A stretch of 64,000 nucleotides of DNA, taken from positions 14,674 to 78,673 of the forward strand of contig CAVWHY010000002.1 of assembly GCA_963754955.1 (NCBI GenBank), in the 5' to 3' direction. The notes under the pieces were generated by a model, which saw only the letters and a program-made list of their open reading frames with translations, ran no database searches and was not told the DNA's origin. Origin of the DNA: an uncultured Acidobacteriota bacterium (lineage in GTDB: Bacteria > Acidobacteriota > Vicinamibacteria > Vicinamibacterales > CAVVIG01). The translations under genes and the position numbers were made by a program. Shown here in pieces: positions 50,294 to 60,609 of the stretch. Position 1 is the stretch's first letter. Each line of letters opens with the position of its first letter.

Positions 50294-50890
50294 ATGCGTC
50301 CATTTTCACAGCGCTGTCTCGTCGTCGTTCTGGCGGTGTCAGGGTGGGTAGGAGTCTCCTATCCCGTTCAGGCGCAGTCACTTGGGGATGTAGCCCGCCA
50401 GGAGGAAGCACGGCGGAAAGACCTCAAGGGCGCGGCCAAGGTCTACACGGACAAAGACCTGGCTTCGGTGCCGGAGTCCTCGAACGGCACCCTGCCGGCG
50501 CCCGGACCAGCCCCTGCGACGCCCAGCGAGACCGCCAAAGCGGACGACAACAAGGACAAGGGCACCGCGAATAAGAACACGACGGATAAAAACGCGAAGG
50601 AGCCCAAGAAAGACGAGGCCTACTGGAGCGGGCGCAAGAAGGGCCTGCAGACGAAGCTGGACACCGACCAGACGCTCGCCGAGGCCCTGCAAAGCCGGAT
50701 CAACGCGCTCAACACCGACTTCGTCAACCGCGACGACCCGGTCCAGCGCGCCGCCATCGACCGCGACCGCCAGAAGGCCGCGAGCGAGCTCGATCGCCTG
50801 AAGAAGAGCATTGTCGACGACAAGAAAGCCCTCAGCGATCTCGAGGAAGAAGCGCGCAAGGCGGGCGTCCCGGCCGGCTGGCTGCGGTGA
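50294..50890 (+). CDS. Secreted coiled-coil hypothetical protein
   Basis: Signal peptide [28 protein letters not shown]; K/D/E-rich low-complexity region and heptad-like C-terminus. Confidence 0.6.
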   Translation: MRPFSQRCLVVVLAVSGWVGVSYPVQAQSLGDVARQEEARRKDLKGAAKVYTDKDLASVPESSNGTLPAPGPAPATPSETAKADDNKDKGTANKNTTDKNAKEPKKDEAYWSGRKKGLQTKLDTDQTLAEALQSRINALNTDFVNRDDPVQRAAIDRDRQKAASELDRLKKSIVDDKKALSDLEEEARKAGVPAGWLR

Positions 50891-52300
50891 GCCCACGCCC
50901 GCGAGCGGCCGCTCCTCCAATTCTGCTGGTTGAGGACAAAGACTCGCTGCGAACGATGCTCCGCCTCGCACTCGAGGCGCAGGGCCACTCGGTCATCGAG
51001 GCGCGCGACCAGCCGGAAGCCGTGGCCGCCCTGGAGAGCTCGCGGCCCGGCGTCGTGCTCTCCGATCTCCGGCTGCCGAACGGCGATGGGTTCGGCGTTC
51101 TCCGCGCCGCCAAGGAACTCGATCCCGAGATGCCCGTCATCGTCATGACGGCGTTCGGCAGCATCCAGGACGCGGTCTCGGCGATGCGCGAAGGCGCATT
51201 GGACTTCCTCGCCAAGCCGGTCGATCCCGATCATCTGCTGCTGATGGTCGAACGCGCGCTCGCGCAGCGGCGCCTGGCGACCGAGAACATCCTGCTGCGC
51301 GAGGAGCTCGCCGCGCGGCGCGGCGCGCCCGCAAATCATCGGAGAAGATCCCGGGCTGCAGCAGGTCACGATCGCGCTGCAGCGCGCCGCCGGCACCGAT
51401 ACGACGGTGCTGCTCGAGGGCGAGAGCGGCACCGGCAAGGAGCTGTTCGCGCGCGCGCTCCACATGCTCAGCCCGCGCGCCGACGGCCCGTTCGTCGCGA
51501 TCAACTGCGCGGCGATCCCGGAGAACCTGCTCGAAACCGAGCTCTTCGGCTACGAGAAGGGCGCGTTCACCGGCGCCGGCGCGCCGCAAGCCCGGCAAGT
51601 TCGAGCTCGCGCACCGGGGCACGCTGTTCCTCGACGAGATCGGCGAGCTTCCGCTGGCGCTGCAGGCGAAGATCCTGCGCGCGCTCGAGGAGAAACGGTT
51701 CGAGCGAGTCGGCGGAACCGTCCAGCTGCAGGTGGACGTGCGCGTCGTCGCGGCCACCAACCGCAACCTGAAAGCGGCCGTCGCCGCGCGCAGTTCCGCG
51801 AGGACCTGTTCTTCCGGCTGTCGGTGTTCCCGATCACGATCCCGCCGCTGCGCGATCGCCCCGACGATATCGCGATGCTGGCGACGCACTTCATCGAGCG
51901 TTTCAGCCGCGACCAGAACAAGAAGCCGCTGATGCTGGCGCCTTCCGCGATCGAGGCCATGGCCGCGTACCCCTGGCCCGGCAACGTGCGCGAACTCCAG
52001 AACTGCATCGAGCGGGCGGTCATTCTGACGGAGGGCGATACGATTCACGCGCGCCACTTGAACCTGTCGTTCAGGGACGCGGCGCCCGTCGCTGACGCGA
52101 GCCCGTGGTCGCAGATCGACTTGTCCGGAACGCTTGCCGGCGCCACGCAGCGCGTGGTCGCCGAGGTCGAGCGGCGCAAGATCGAGCAGGCGCTCAAGGA
52201 CGCCGGTGGCAACCGCGCCAGGGCCGCGGACGTCCTCCAGGTCGGATTCAAGGCCTTCACCGCAAAGCTTCGGGAATACGGACTCGACGCTACTTCTTGA
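50887..52300 (+). pseudogene. Sigma54-dependent response regulator (NtrC family), three shifts
   Basis: REC ([16 protein letters not shown]), AAA+ ([29 protein letters not shown]), HTH (..[20 protein letters not shown]). Shifts at about 51330, 51590 and 51790. Confidence 0.8.
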
Positions 52301-53379
52301 AGCCGAGCCGGAGCAGGGCCGCCTTGATCTCCTTCTCCGTCACATCGCTGACGATCGACGTGCCGCCGATGCCGGTCGGCAGGACGAAATGCAGCCGTCC
52401 CGCGACGACCTTCTTGTCGTGCCGCATGGCCTCGAGCATCCTGGCGCTCGAGAGGTCCGCGATTGGCGGGAGGGGACCGAGCCGGGTAATGAGGCCGGCC
52501 AGCGCCTCGCGATCGGCCGCCGGCATGACGGTGCGCCGCGCGGCGATCTCGGCGGCGACGAGCATGCCGTAGGCGACCGCCTCTCCGTGCCTGAACCGCT
52601 TGTATTTCGTCACCGCCTCGAGGGCGTGGCCCGCGGTGTGGCCGAAATTGAGAATCCGGCGGAGGCCGGCCTCCTTCTCGTCCGCGGCGACGACTCTCGC
52701 CTTGATCCGGCACGATTCGGAGATGATCGCGGTGAGCGCGGCCGGCTCGCGATCGAAGATCGAGTTTGAGGTCGCGGCCGATCCGCTCGAACAGCGCCCG
52801 GGCTCGACGTCACGCCGTACTTCACCACCTCGTAGAGGCCTGCCCGGAACTCGCGCCTCGGACAGCGTGCCCAGCACCGACGGATCGACGATCACGCCGT
52901 GCGGCTGATAGAACGATCCGATGAGATTCTTGCCGAGCGGGATGATTGACGCCGACCTTGCCGCCGACGGCGCTGTCCACCTGCGCGAGCAGTGTCGTCG
53001 GGATGTGGACCAGCGGGAGGCCGCGCAGATAGGTGGAGGCTGCGAACCCGGCCATGTCGCCGATGACGCCGCCGCCGAACGTGACGAGGGTCGAGCCGCG
53101 ATCCGCCTCGGCCTTCACCAGCGCGTCGTAGACGCGGGCGACCGTCGCGAGCTGTTTGAACCGTTCGCCGTCGGGGATGAGAATCGGTTCCACGCCGTGC
53201 GTGCCTCTCGCCACCCGTGCGCCGTGGAGCCGCCACACCGTCGGACTGGACACCACGAACCGTCGGGCCGGAACCTTCAGCTCGTCGAGCAGCCGCCCGA
53301 CGCTGTCGAGGGCGCCGTCCTCGATCGTGATCGCGTACGCGCGAGAGGGAGTGGGAACGTCGATGCGGACAGGGGGCAT
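52290..53379 (-). pseudogene. aroB: 3-dehydroquinate synthase, about four +1 shifts
   Basis: ..VTFGGGVIGDMAGFAASTYLRGLPLVHIPTTLLAQVDSAVGGKVGVNHP / ..IVDPSVLGTLS / VKYGVTSSP / ..LNFGHTAGHALEA..RHGEAVAYGM... Length 3n+1. Confidence 0.82.
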
Positions 53380-53406
53380 GAAGACCGGATGGTAGGATAA
53401 CACCGC

Positions 53407-55046
53407 GTGCATCTCTCCCCGGATTTCATCGTCATCGGCAGCGGCATCGCCGGGCTGCGGGCGGCGATTGCGCTCGCGCCCGTCGGCCGCGTCCTGATTC
53501 TGACCAAGGCCGAACCGACCGAGAGCAATACCGGCTACGCGCAGGGCGGCATCGCCGTCGCGCTCGGCGACGACGACAGCCCCGCGCTCCACGCGGCGGA
53601 CACGGTGAAGGCCGGCGACGCGCTCTGCGACGAAGAGGCCGTGCGGGTGCTGGTCGAGCAGGGACCGCCGCTACGTCACGGAGCTCGTCGAGTGGGGCAC
53701 GCGCTTCGACCGCGACGCCGAGCGGGCGCCTGTCGCGAGGACGGGAAGCCGCCCACAGCGTCCGGCGCGTGCTGCACGCAGGCGACACGACGGGACGGGA
53801 GATCGCGCCGCGTCCTGTGGCGTCGTGTCAGCGCCCTGCCGACGGTCGAAACAGCGAACCACGCGCTGGTGACCGGAGCTGCTCGTCGAGGACGGGCGCG
53901 TGGCCGGCGTCAGGTTCTTCGATCAGCTCGGGTTTCCGCGGGACGCGCGGGCGCGCGCCACGCTGCTGGCGACCGGCGGGGCCGGACACGTCTTCAAGGA
54001 AACCACGAATCCGCCCGTGGCGACCGGCGACGGCGTGGCGCTCGCGTTCCACGCCGGGGCCCGCGTCGCCGATCTCGAGTTCGTCCAGTTTCATCCCACC
54101 GCGCTGAATGTCCGCGGCGCTCCGCGGTTCCTGATTTCAGAAGCGCTGCGCGGCGACGGCGCCCGGCTGCTCAACGGCCGGGGCGACGCGTTCATGGGCG
54201 GCTATCATCCCGACGGCGATCTCGCGCCGCGCGACGTCGTCGCCCGGAGCATCGTTCGCGAGATGGAGCGGACCGGCGGGCCTGTGTTCCTCTCGCTGTC
54301 GCATCTCGATCCCGACTACGTCGTCCATCGCTTCCCGACGATTGCCGACATGTGCCGCCAGATCAATCTCGACCTGGCGACGCGATCCGATTCCCGTCGG
54401 ACCCGCGGCGCACTACATCATGGGAGGCGTCGAAACGGACCACTGGGGTCGGACCTCGATTCCGGGCCTGTTCGCCGCCGGCGAGGTGGCCTGCACGGGC
54501 GTTCACGGCGCCAATCGCCTGGCGAGCAACTCGCTGCTCGAAGGACTCGTGTTCGGCGCGCGCGCAGCGACGGCGATGCAGCAGGCTGACGGTGGCCAGT
54601 GGTCAGTGGCCGGTGATCAGTGGGTGCCGGCGCCACCGATCACTGATCACCGATCACCGATCACCGATGACGGATCACCGATCGCTGCCAACCGGCGTTC
54701 GTCGAGCGACCACCGTTCGCTGACGACCAGCGAAGTCCGCGACCTGATGTGGAAGTCGGTCGGCCTGTTCCGGACGGGCGAGGGTCTGCGCGATGCCGGC
54801 GCGAAACTCGAAGCCGCGTACCGCGCACATCGTCGCGCGCTCGACGACGCGCGCGCTGACGATGCGGATGCCTGGAAGCAATTCAACCTCGTGACCGTGG
54901 CGCGACTGATCGCGCGCGCCGCGCTGCGTCGGCAGGAGAGCCGCGGCGCCCACTACCGGCAGGATTTTCCGGAGAGGGACGATGTACACTGGAAAATCCA
55001 CCTGGTAGATCACATCGACGCATATGGCGAAAAACGACAAGACTGA
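53407..55046 (+). pseudogene. nadB: L-aspartate oxidase, about five +1 shifts, plus an in-frame repeat insertion
   Basis: FIVIGSGIAGLRAA..YAQGGIA.. / ..LLATGGAG.VF..TTNP..ATGDGVALA..AGA...DLEFVQFHPT.. / ..[60 protein letters not shown]. Confidence 0.85.
54590..54687 (+). repeat. Heptamer-periodic hairpin (CAGTGRY x5, loop CCGGCG, TCACCGA x7) inside the nadB coding sequence
   Basis: cggtggc cagtggt cagtggc cggtgat cagtggg tg / ccggcg / ccaccga tcactga tcaccga tcaccga tcaccga tgacgga tcaccga tcgctg. Translated as ..[32 protein letters not shown].. Confidence 0.85.
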
Positions 55047-56505
55047 CAACCCCGAGAAATCGGGAAAGAAGGACACGTTCGTCACCGAGATCACACCGCG
55101 GTCGCAGGATTTTTCACGCTGGTATCTCGACGTCGTCCAGCGGGCCGAACTGGCCGACTATTCGCCCGTGAAGGGCTGCATGGTGATCCGCCCGTACGGC
55201 TACGCCATCTGGGAACTCCTGCAGCAGGCGCTCGATTCGCGCATCAAGGCCACCGGGCATGTCAACGCGTATTTCCCGTTGTTCATCCCGAACAGCCTGC
55301 TGACGAAGGAGGCCGAGCACGTCGAAGGCTTCGCGCCGCAGGTGGCGTACGTGACCCACGGCGGCGGCGAGGAACTGGAAGAGAAGCTCGTCGTGCGGCC
55401 GACCTCGGAAGCGATCATCGGCACGATGTACGCGAAGTGGGTGCAGTCGTGGCGCGACCTGCCCATTCTCATCAACCAGTGGGCCAACGTCGTGCGATGG
55501 GAGAAGAAGACGTTTCCGTTCATCCGCACGACGGAGTTCCTCTGGCAGGAGGGCCACACCGCGCACGAAACGGCGGAAGAAGCCGAGGCCGAAACGCTCA
55601 AGATCCTCGACCTGTACGCGGAAGTCTGCGAGTCGGTGCTCGCGATGCCCGTGCTGAAAGGGCGCAAGTCGGACAGCGAGAAGTTTGCCGGCGCGCTGCG
55701 CACGTACTCGATCGAAGCGCTGATGGGGGACGGCCGCGCGCTGCAGGCGGGCACGTCGCACAACCTCGGCCAGAACTTCGCGAAGGCGTTCGAGATCACG
55801 TTCCAGGCCCGCGACAAGAGCGTCCAGCACGTCTGGGGCACGTCGTGGGGCGTGACGACGCGCCTCGTGGGCGGCATCATCATGGTCCACGGCGACGACA
55901 GCGGCCTCGTCCTGCCGCCGCGGATCGCGCCATACCAGGTCGTAATCGTGCCGATCGGCCGCGACAACTGGCGGGAAACCGTGCTGCCGACCGCCGAAGC
56001 GATCCGGCGCCAACTGGTCGATGCCGGCGTCCGCGTCACGCTCGACGAACGAGACGAGCGCCCCGGCTGGAAATTCTCGGAATGGGAAATGCGCGGCGTA
56101 CCGCTGCGGCTCGAGATCGGGCCCAAGGACATCGAGAAATCTCAGGTGCTGCTGGCCCGCCGCGATACGCGCGAGAAGCTCGGCGTGCCGATCGAGGGCC
56201 TGGCCTCCCGCGTCACAGAGCTGCTGAACGACATTCAGCGGACGCTGTGGGAGCGCGCGGTCACCTTCCGCGACGAGCACACACAGCAGGCCGACACCTA
56301 CGACACGTTCAAGCAGATGCTCGAGGGCCGGCCGGGGTTCGTCCTGGCGCCCTGGTGCGGTTCGGCTGCCTGCGAAGCGCAGATCAAGACCGACACGCAG
56401 GCGACGATTCGAAACATCCCCATGAACCCCCCGAAACCCGAGGGCTCGTGCGTGCGGTGTGATTCTCCGGCCGAGTTCGTCGTCCGTTTCGCGAAATCGT
56501 ACTGA
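55024..56505 (+). CDS. proS: Proline--tRNA ligase (archaeal/eukaryote-like type)
   Basis: 493 aa; ..FSRWY.DV...[27 protein letters not shown]..; C-terminal Zn-binding domain ending ..FAKSY. Confidence 0.94.
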   Translation: MAKNDKTDNPEKSGKKDTFVTEITPRSQDFSRWYLDVVQRAELADYSPVKGCMVIRPYGYAIWELLQQALDSRIKATGHVNAYFPLFIPNSLLTKEAEHVEGFAPQVAYVTHGGGEELEEKLVVRPTSEAIIGTMYAKWVQSWRDLPILINQWANVVRWEKKTFPFIRTTEFLWQEGHTAHETAEEAEAETLKILDLYAEVCESVLAMPVLKGRKSDSEKFAGALRTYSIEALMGDGRALQAGTSHNLGQNFAKAFEITFQARDKSVQHVWGTSWGVTTRLVGGIIMVHGDDSGLVLPPRIAPYQVVIVPIGRDNWRETVLPTAEAIRRQLVDAGVRVTLDERDERPGWKFSEWEMRGVPLRLEIGPKDIEKSQVLLARRDTREKLGVPIEGLASRVTELLNDIQRTLWERAVTFRDEHTQQADTYDTFKQMLEGRPGFVLAPWCGSAACEAQIKTDTQATIRNIPMNPPKPEGSCVRCDSPAEFVVRFAKSY

Positions 56506-56519
56506 GAATCAGATATGGT

Positions 56520-56570
56520 GCGGGGCTTCAGCCCCGCCGTGTCCGGCAGCCCTGAAGGCCTGCACTACTT
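56520..56570 (+). repeat. REP-like twin hairpin, family B copy 2 (between convergent proS and the HEAT gene)
   Basis: gcggggc-ttca-gccccgc, then GTCCGGCAGCCCTGAAGGCCTGCACTACTT. The minus-strand gene's stop codon (56565-56567) lies inside the repeat. Confidence 0.75.
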
Positions 56571-57579
56571 GCGCTGCGTCGGGAGCGCGCCCCAACGCTT
56601 CTCGATTTTCTTAATCACCCCGTGGCGCCGCGTGAGGCCTTCGCGTGCCACGATGGCCTGGAACGTGTCAGCGAGATGCTGGCGCCACCACGTGTCCTCG
56701 GCGCGCTCGTGCGCGGCGGCAATCGCTTCCAGGCACGATGCATCGCCCGCAATCGAAAGCGCGGCCAGAAATTCGACAGGCAGGGGCGTTGATGCGGCTT
56801 CGAGCGCTTCTCGCAGGTCGTATAGGCCGACCCGGCTGCGAGCGCTTTGCCAGGGCGATGTGCGCGGTTCCCCGGGCCCGTGTCCACTCGCCGCGGGCGG
56901 CCGCCGGCGCCGCGGCTTCCCGCTCGCGAAGGCGTTCGATGATGCGATGGAGGGTCGGCAATGGCGCCGTGGTTCCCGCTGCCACAAGCAGCCGCCGCAC
57001 CGTTTCCGGCTGATCGGGAAGCCCCGCCTCGGCCGCTTCACGCAGTTGATCCCCGGGCGGCGCCTCTGCCCGCCGACTGGCTGGACGACCTGACCCACCG
57101 ATACGCTCCCGGATCGCGGCGCTCGGGTCTGCCGCGAGGGTTTCCCACAGGGGCTTCAGCGTCGCCGCTTTGAGATCGCTGACGGCCGAGATCGCGGCCA
57201 GCCGCACCGATTCTGGGCGCGCGCGGTCGAGTGCAATTGCGGTCAGCCGGTCGAGTATCGCTGGATCGCGCCGGCCCTTGAGGAACACCTGCGCGAGGGC
57301 CACGGCCGCTGCCGCGACGCCGGCGTCCGCGTCCACCGCCGCCTGTAGCGCCACGTCCAGCGCCCGCTCGTCTGCGAGGGCCTCGAGGGCCCTGATGGCC
57401 GCCAGACGGGCGGTGACGCCGTTGTCGATGCGACCAACGATGGCCACCAGGCTCTCCACGGCGCGGGGACCGATCACGGTCAGCCGGGCAATTGCGGCTT
57501 CGCGGGTGACCGCGCTTGGAGACGCCAGATCGGCCGTCAGCACGTCAATCGAGGCTGCGGACGACTTCCTGATGGGCAC
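56565..57579 (-). CDS. HEAT-repeat protein, one extra base about 56870
   Basis: Ala/Leu-rich helical repeats ..REAAIARLTVIGPRAVESLVAIV..RLAAIRALEALADERALD... The C-terminus continues in ORF 56565-57098. Length 1015 = 3n+1. Confidence 0.65.
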
Positions 57580-57656
57580 GCCTGATCAAAACACAAACGG
57601 CCAGCCTGTGCTCGTGCACAGGCCGGCCGTTGGGTGAGAACGAGAGGATCGACGAG

Positions 57657-59370
57657 CTACTGAACGCTTACGGTGAGCGCGGCGCGGCGGTTCAACCGGC
57701 GCGTCTCCTCGCGCGAGTTGTCGTACTTCGGAGCTTCCTCACCGTAGCTGCGCGTCTGCATCCGGGCTGCCGGAACGCCTCGCGAGATGAGGTAGTCGCG
57801 CACGCTCGCCGCGCGGCGGTCGCCGAGCGCGAGGTTGTACTCCGCCGTGCCGATGCTGCAGGTGTGGCCTTCGATGACGATGTTACGGCCCGGGTTCGCC
57901 TGGAGCTTCGTGACCGCGTCGTCGAGGAGCCGAAGCGCCTCTGGACGCAGCGTCGAGCGGTCGAAGTCGAAGTAGACGTCGTCGAAGGTCAGCTGCGCGA
58001 CCGGCGCCGGCCGGTTGACCTGGATGTTGACCGTATCAGACGCGGTCTTGTTGTCGGTCGGGCACGTGACCGTCACGGTGACCGGAACGGCGCCTTCCTG
58101 GTTCGGGGCGGTGAACACCGTCTGGCGCGCGGTCGGGTTCGCGAACGTGCCGCTCGGCGCCGTCCAGCGGTATGTGACGGCGCAATTGATCGAGCTCGTC
58201 GCGACCGCAGTCACCGTCGAGGTCCGTCCGACTTCGACCGTCGTCGGCTCGGCCTGGGCGCGCACCGAGAGGTTGTGAGCCGGAGGCGGAGCCGGAGCCG
58301 GTGCCGGCGTCGGCGTGGGCGGCGGTGGTGGCGGCGGCACGTACTTCCGGACACCGGGGTGGTATCCGATCCGGACCTGCCAGTCCCAGTAGTCGCCGAA
58401 CGGGAAGTCGTCCGATTCGGCGCGCCCTGTCGCGCGCTCCTGCGTGGGCACGTTCCAGCTCAGGCCGACGCCGACGAAGAATCCCTTGGGCGCCTGGTAC
58501 GTCGCGCCAACGGTCGCGCGTGTGATGTTCTCCGTGTTCACGGTGAAGAGCGGCCGCGTTCCGTCGAAACCCGGCGGGAAGCCGGCGGCCGGACCCGTAT
58601 AGCTGGCGGTGCTGCTGGAGTTGGCGATGCCGTTCAGTTCGGCCGTGACGCGCAACGGCTGCCGCGACGGGAAGCCGGCGCCGACGCCCCACCGGAACGC
58701 GCCGCCGGGAATGTCGAAGTCGTCGGGCTTGCCGCGGAACTCGTAGCCGGCATAACCGGACACTTCGGCTTTCGCCAGTTCCTTGCTTGCGATGAAGTCG
58801 ACGAGGAAGTCGGCTTTTCCGGTGCCGATGCCGTCGTCGGAATTGGCCGTCGGCAGCTTCACCATGAACTTGACCGCCAGCGCAGCCGGTTTCGGCGTCG
58901 CCTGCGACCAGAAGTTGACCTTGGCGCCCAGGAAGACGTCGCCGAAATTATCGCCGGTCCACGTGGTGTGGACGCGGGGATACCGATCGACGAACCCGCC
59001 GTATGTCGGATCGGCGACAGAACAGCGGCCGGACGTCGCGATCGATGCGCGTGTCGAACAGCACCGATCCGAAGATTTCGGCGCGTCCCTTGATGCCGTA
59101 CGCGAACGTGCCGGAGAAGTCGCCGATGTTCGTGTAGCCCTGAACATAGTTCGTGCCCCGGCGGTAGCCGCTGACCGACCATTTGCCCGCGGGAAGTACC
59201 TCGGCTGTAGGCACGAACCACAGGCCGGTATCGCCGTAGAAGGTCGTCGTCGCCGGGCGTGTGTTATCTGTAGTTGTTGAGCTTGTCTGGCTGGTCTGTG
59301 CGCCGGCTGTCAGGGCCGTAAGCACGCAGAACACGGCAGCGAGACTCAGCGAACGGAACGTTGTCGTCAT
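57657..59370 (-). CDS. OmpA-family outer membrane protein (beta-barrel, Pro-rich linker, Ig/PKD-like domain, OmpA_C), one extra base about 59030
   Basis: Signal peptide MTTTFRSLSLAAVFCVLTALTAGAQ; PPPPPPPTPTPAPAPAPPP linker; C-terminal ..FDFDRSTLRPEA...LD......NP...I.IEGHTCSIGTAEYNLALGDRRA..V. Length 1714 = 3n+1. Confidence 0.82.
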
Positions 59371-59420
59371 AAGGGTGATCAGCCTTCCCGCATCAGGATA
59401 GGACGGATCCGGCGAAATTG

Positions 59421-60218
59421 CTAGCTGATTTCGCGTTTTGGAGTGACGATCCATGCAATCAGGATGCTCAGCGCGTAAAGGCCGAGCATCGGCGCCGCAA
59501 AGATCGTCTGCGTGATCATGTCGCCGCTGGGCGTGACGACGGCTGCGATGACGAAGATCGCGAGCACGGCGTACTTGGTATTGCGGAGCAGGAAACGCGC
59601 CGTGACCAGGCGCATCTTCGCGAGGAAGAACACCACGGTCGGCATCTGGAACACCAGGCCCATACCGATCAGCATCTTCGTGTACAGGTCGAACACGTCC
59701 TCGAGCCTCGGCATGAAAATCAGGTCGGCCGTGTTGAAGCTCGCGAAGAACGTCATCATGAACGGGAAGATGATGTAGTGGTTGAACGCCGCGCCGCCGA
59801 CGAACCCGATCGTCGACATCAGGACGAACGGCACAGCGAACCGCTTCTCGTTCGCGTACAGCCCCGGGGCGATGAACAGCCACACCTGGTACATGATCCA
59901 CGGCGACGCCAGCACGATGCCGACGATCAATCCGATCTGCACGTAGAGCCCGAACGCTTCGCCGGGCTGCGTGTAAATCATCCGGCTGCCGGGCGGCAGC
60001 ACGCGCCAGGTCGGCGTCAGGATGAAGTTGACGATGGGATTGATGAAGAAAAAGCCGAGGCCCACGCCGACCGCGACGCCGAGCAGGGCCTGCACGATGC
60101 GTTTCCGGAGCTCGTCCAGATGCTCCAGAAACGACATCTTGCCCCCAGCCTCTTCATCGTCTTCGAGATCGGGCTGGAGGGCCCCCGACTGAGGGCCTGG
60201 AAACTGCACTAAGGCCAC
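59421..60218 (-). CDS. tatC: Twin-arginine translocase subunit TatC
   Basis: ..MSFLEHLDELRKRIV.., 6 TM. Alternative start at 60137 (Met28). Confidence 0.9.
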   Translation of the reverse strand: MALVQFPGPQSGALQPDLEDDEEAGGKMSFLEHLDELRKRIVQALLGVAVGVGLGFFFINPIVNFILTPTWRVLPPGSRMIYTQPGEAFGLYVQIGLIVGIVLASPWIMYQVWLFIAPGLYANEKRFAVPFVLMSTIGFVGGAAFNHYIIFPFMMTFFASFNTADLIFMPRLEDVFDLYTKMLIGMGLVFQMPTVVFFLAKMRLVTARFLLRNTKYAVLAIFVIAAVVTPSGDMITQTIFAAPMLGLYALSILIAWIVTPKREIS

Positions 60219-60226
60219 GGAGGGGG

Positions 60227-60499
60227 CTAGGCGGTCTTATCAGCGTGCTGGGCGACGGGGTCCGCAGCCGGGTGCGAGTCGGGTGGGGCGGGCGTGACGG
60301 GCGCCGGCGTCGTCGTCCGCTGCTCCTCCATCCGGATTTCTTCTTCGAGCGTGCTCTTCAGCTCGTTCGAGGCTCGCTTGAATTCGGCGAGGCTCTTGCC
60401 GAGCGATTTGCCCAATTCAGGCAGCTTGCGGGGGCCGAAGATGATCAGCGCGATGACGAAAATCACGATGAGCTCCGGCATGCCAAGCGAACCAAACAT
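60227..60499 (-). CDS. tatA: Twin-arginine translocase subunit TatA/E
   Basis: MFGSLGMPELIVIFVIALIIFGPRKLPELGKSLGKSL.EFK; AGGAGA Shine-Dalgarno upstream. The track ORF extends to 60550. Confidence 0.9.
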   Translation of the reverse strand: MFGSLGMPELIVIFVIALIIFGPRKLPELGKSLGKSLAEFKRASNELKSTLEEEIRMEEQRTTTPAPVTPAPPDSHPAADPVAQHADKTA

Positions 60500-60609
60500 G
60501 GTGTTCTCCTGCTTTCCGCCATTATAGGAACCGCGATGCAAACGGGTCAAGGAGTTCCGCCGCGAGCGGTACCCGGAAGTCGTTGCGCCTAAGGAAGTTA
60601 TCTGCTAGC

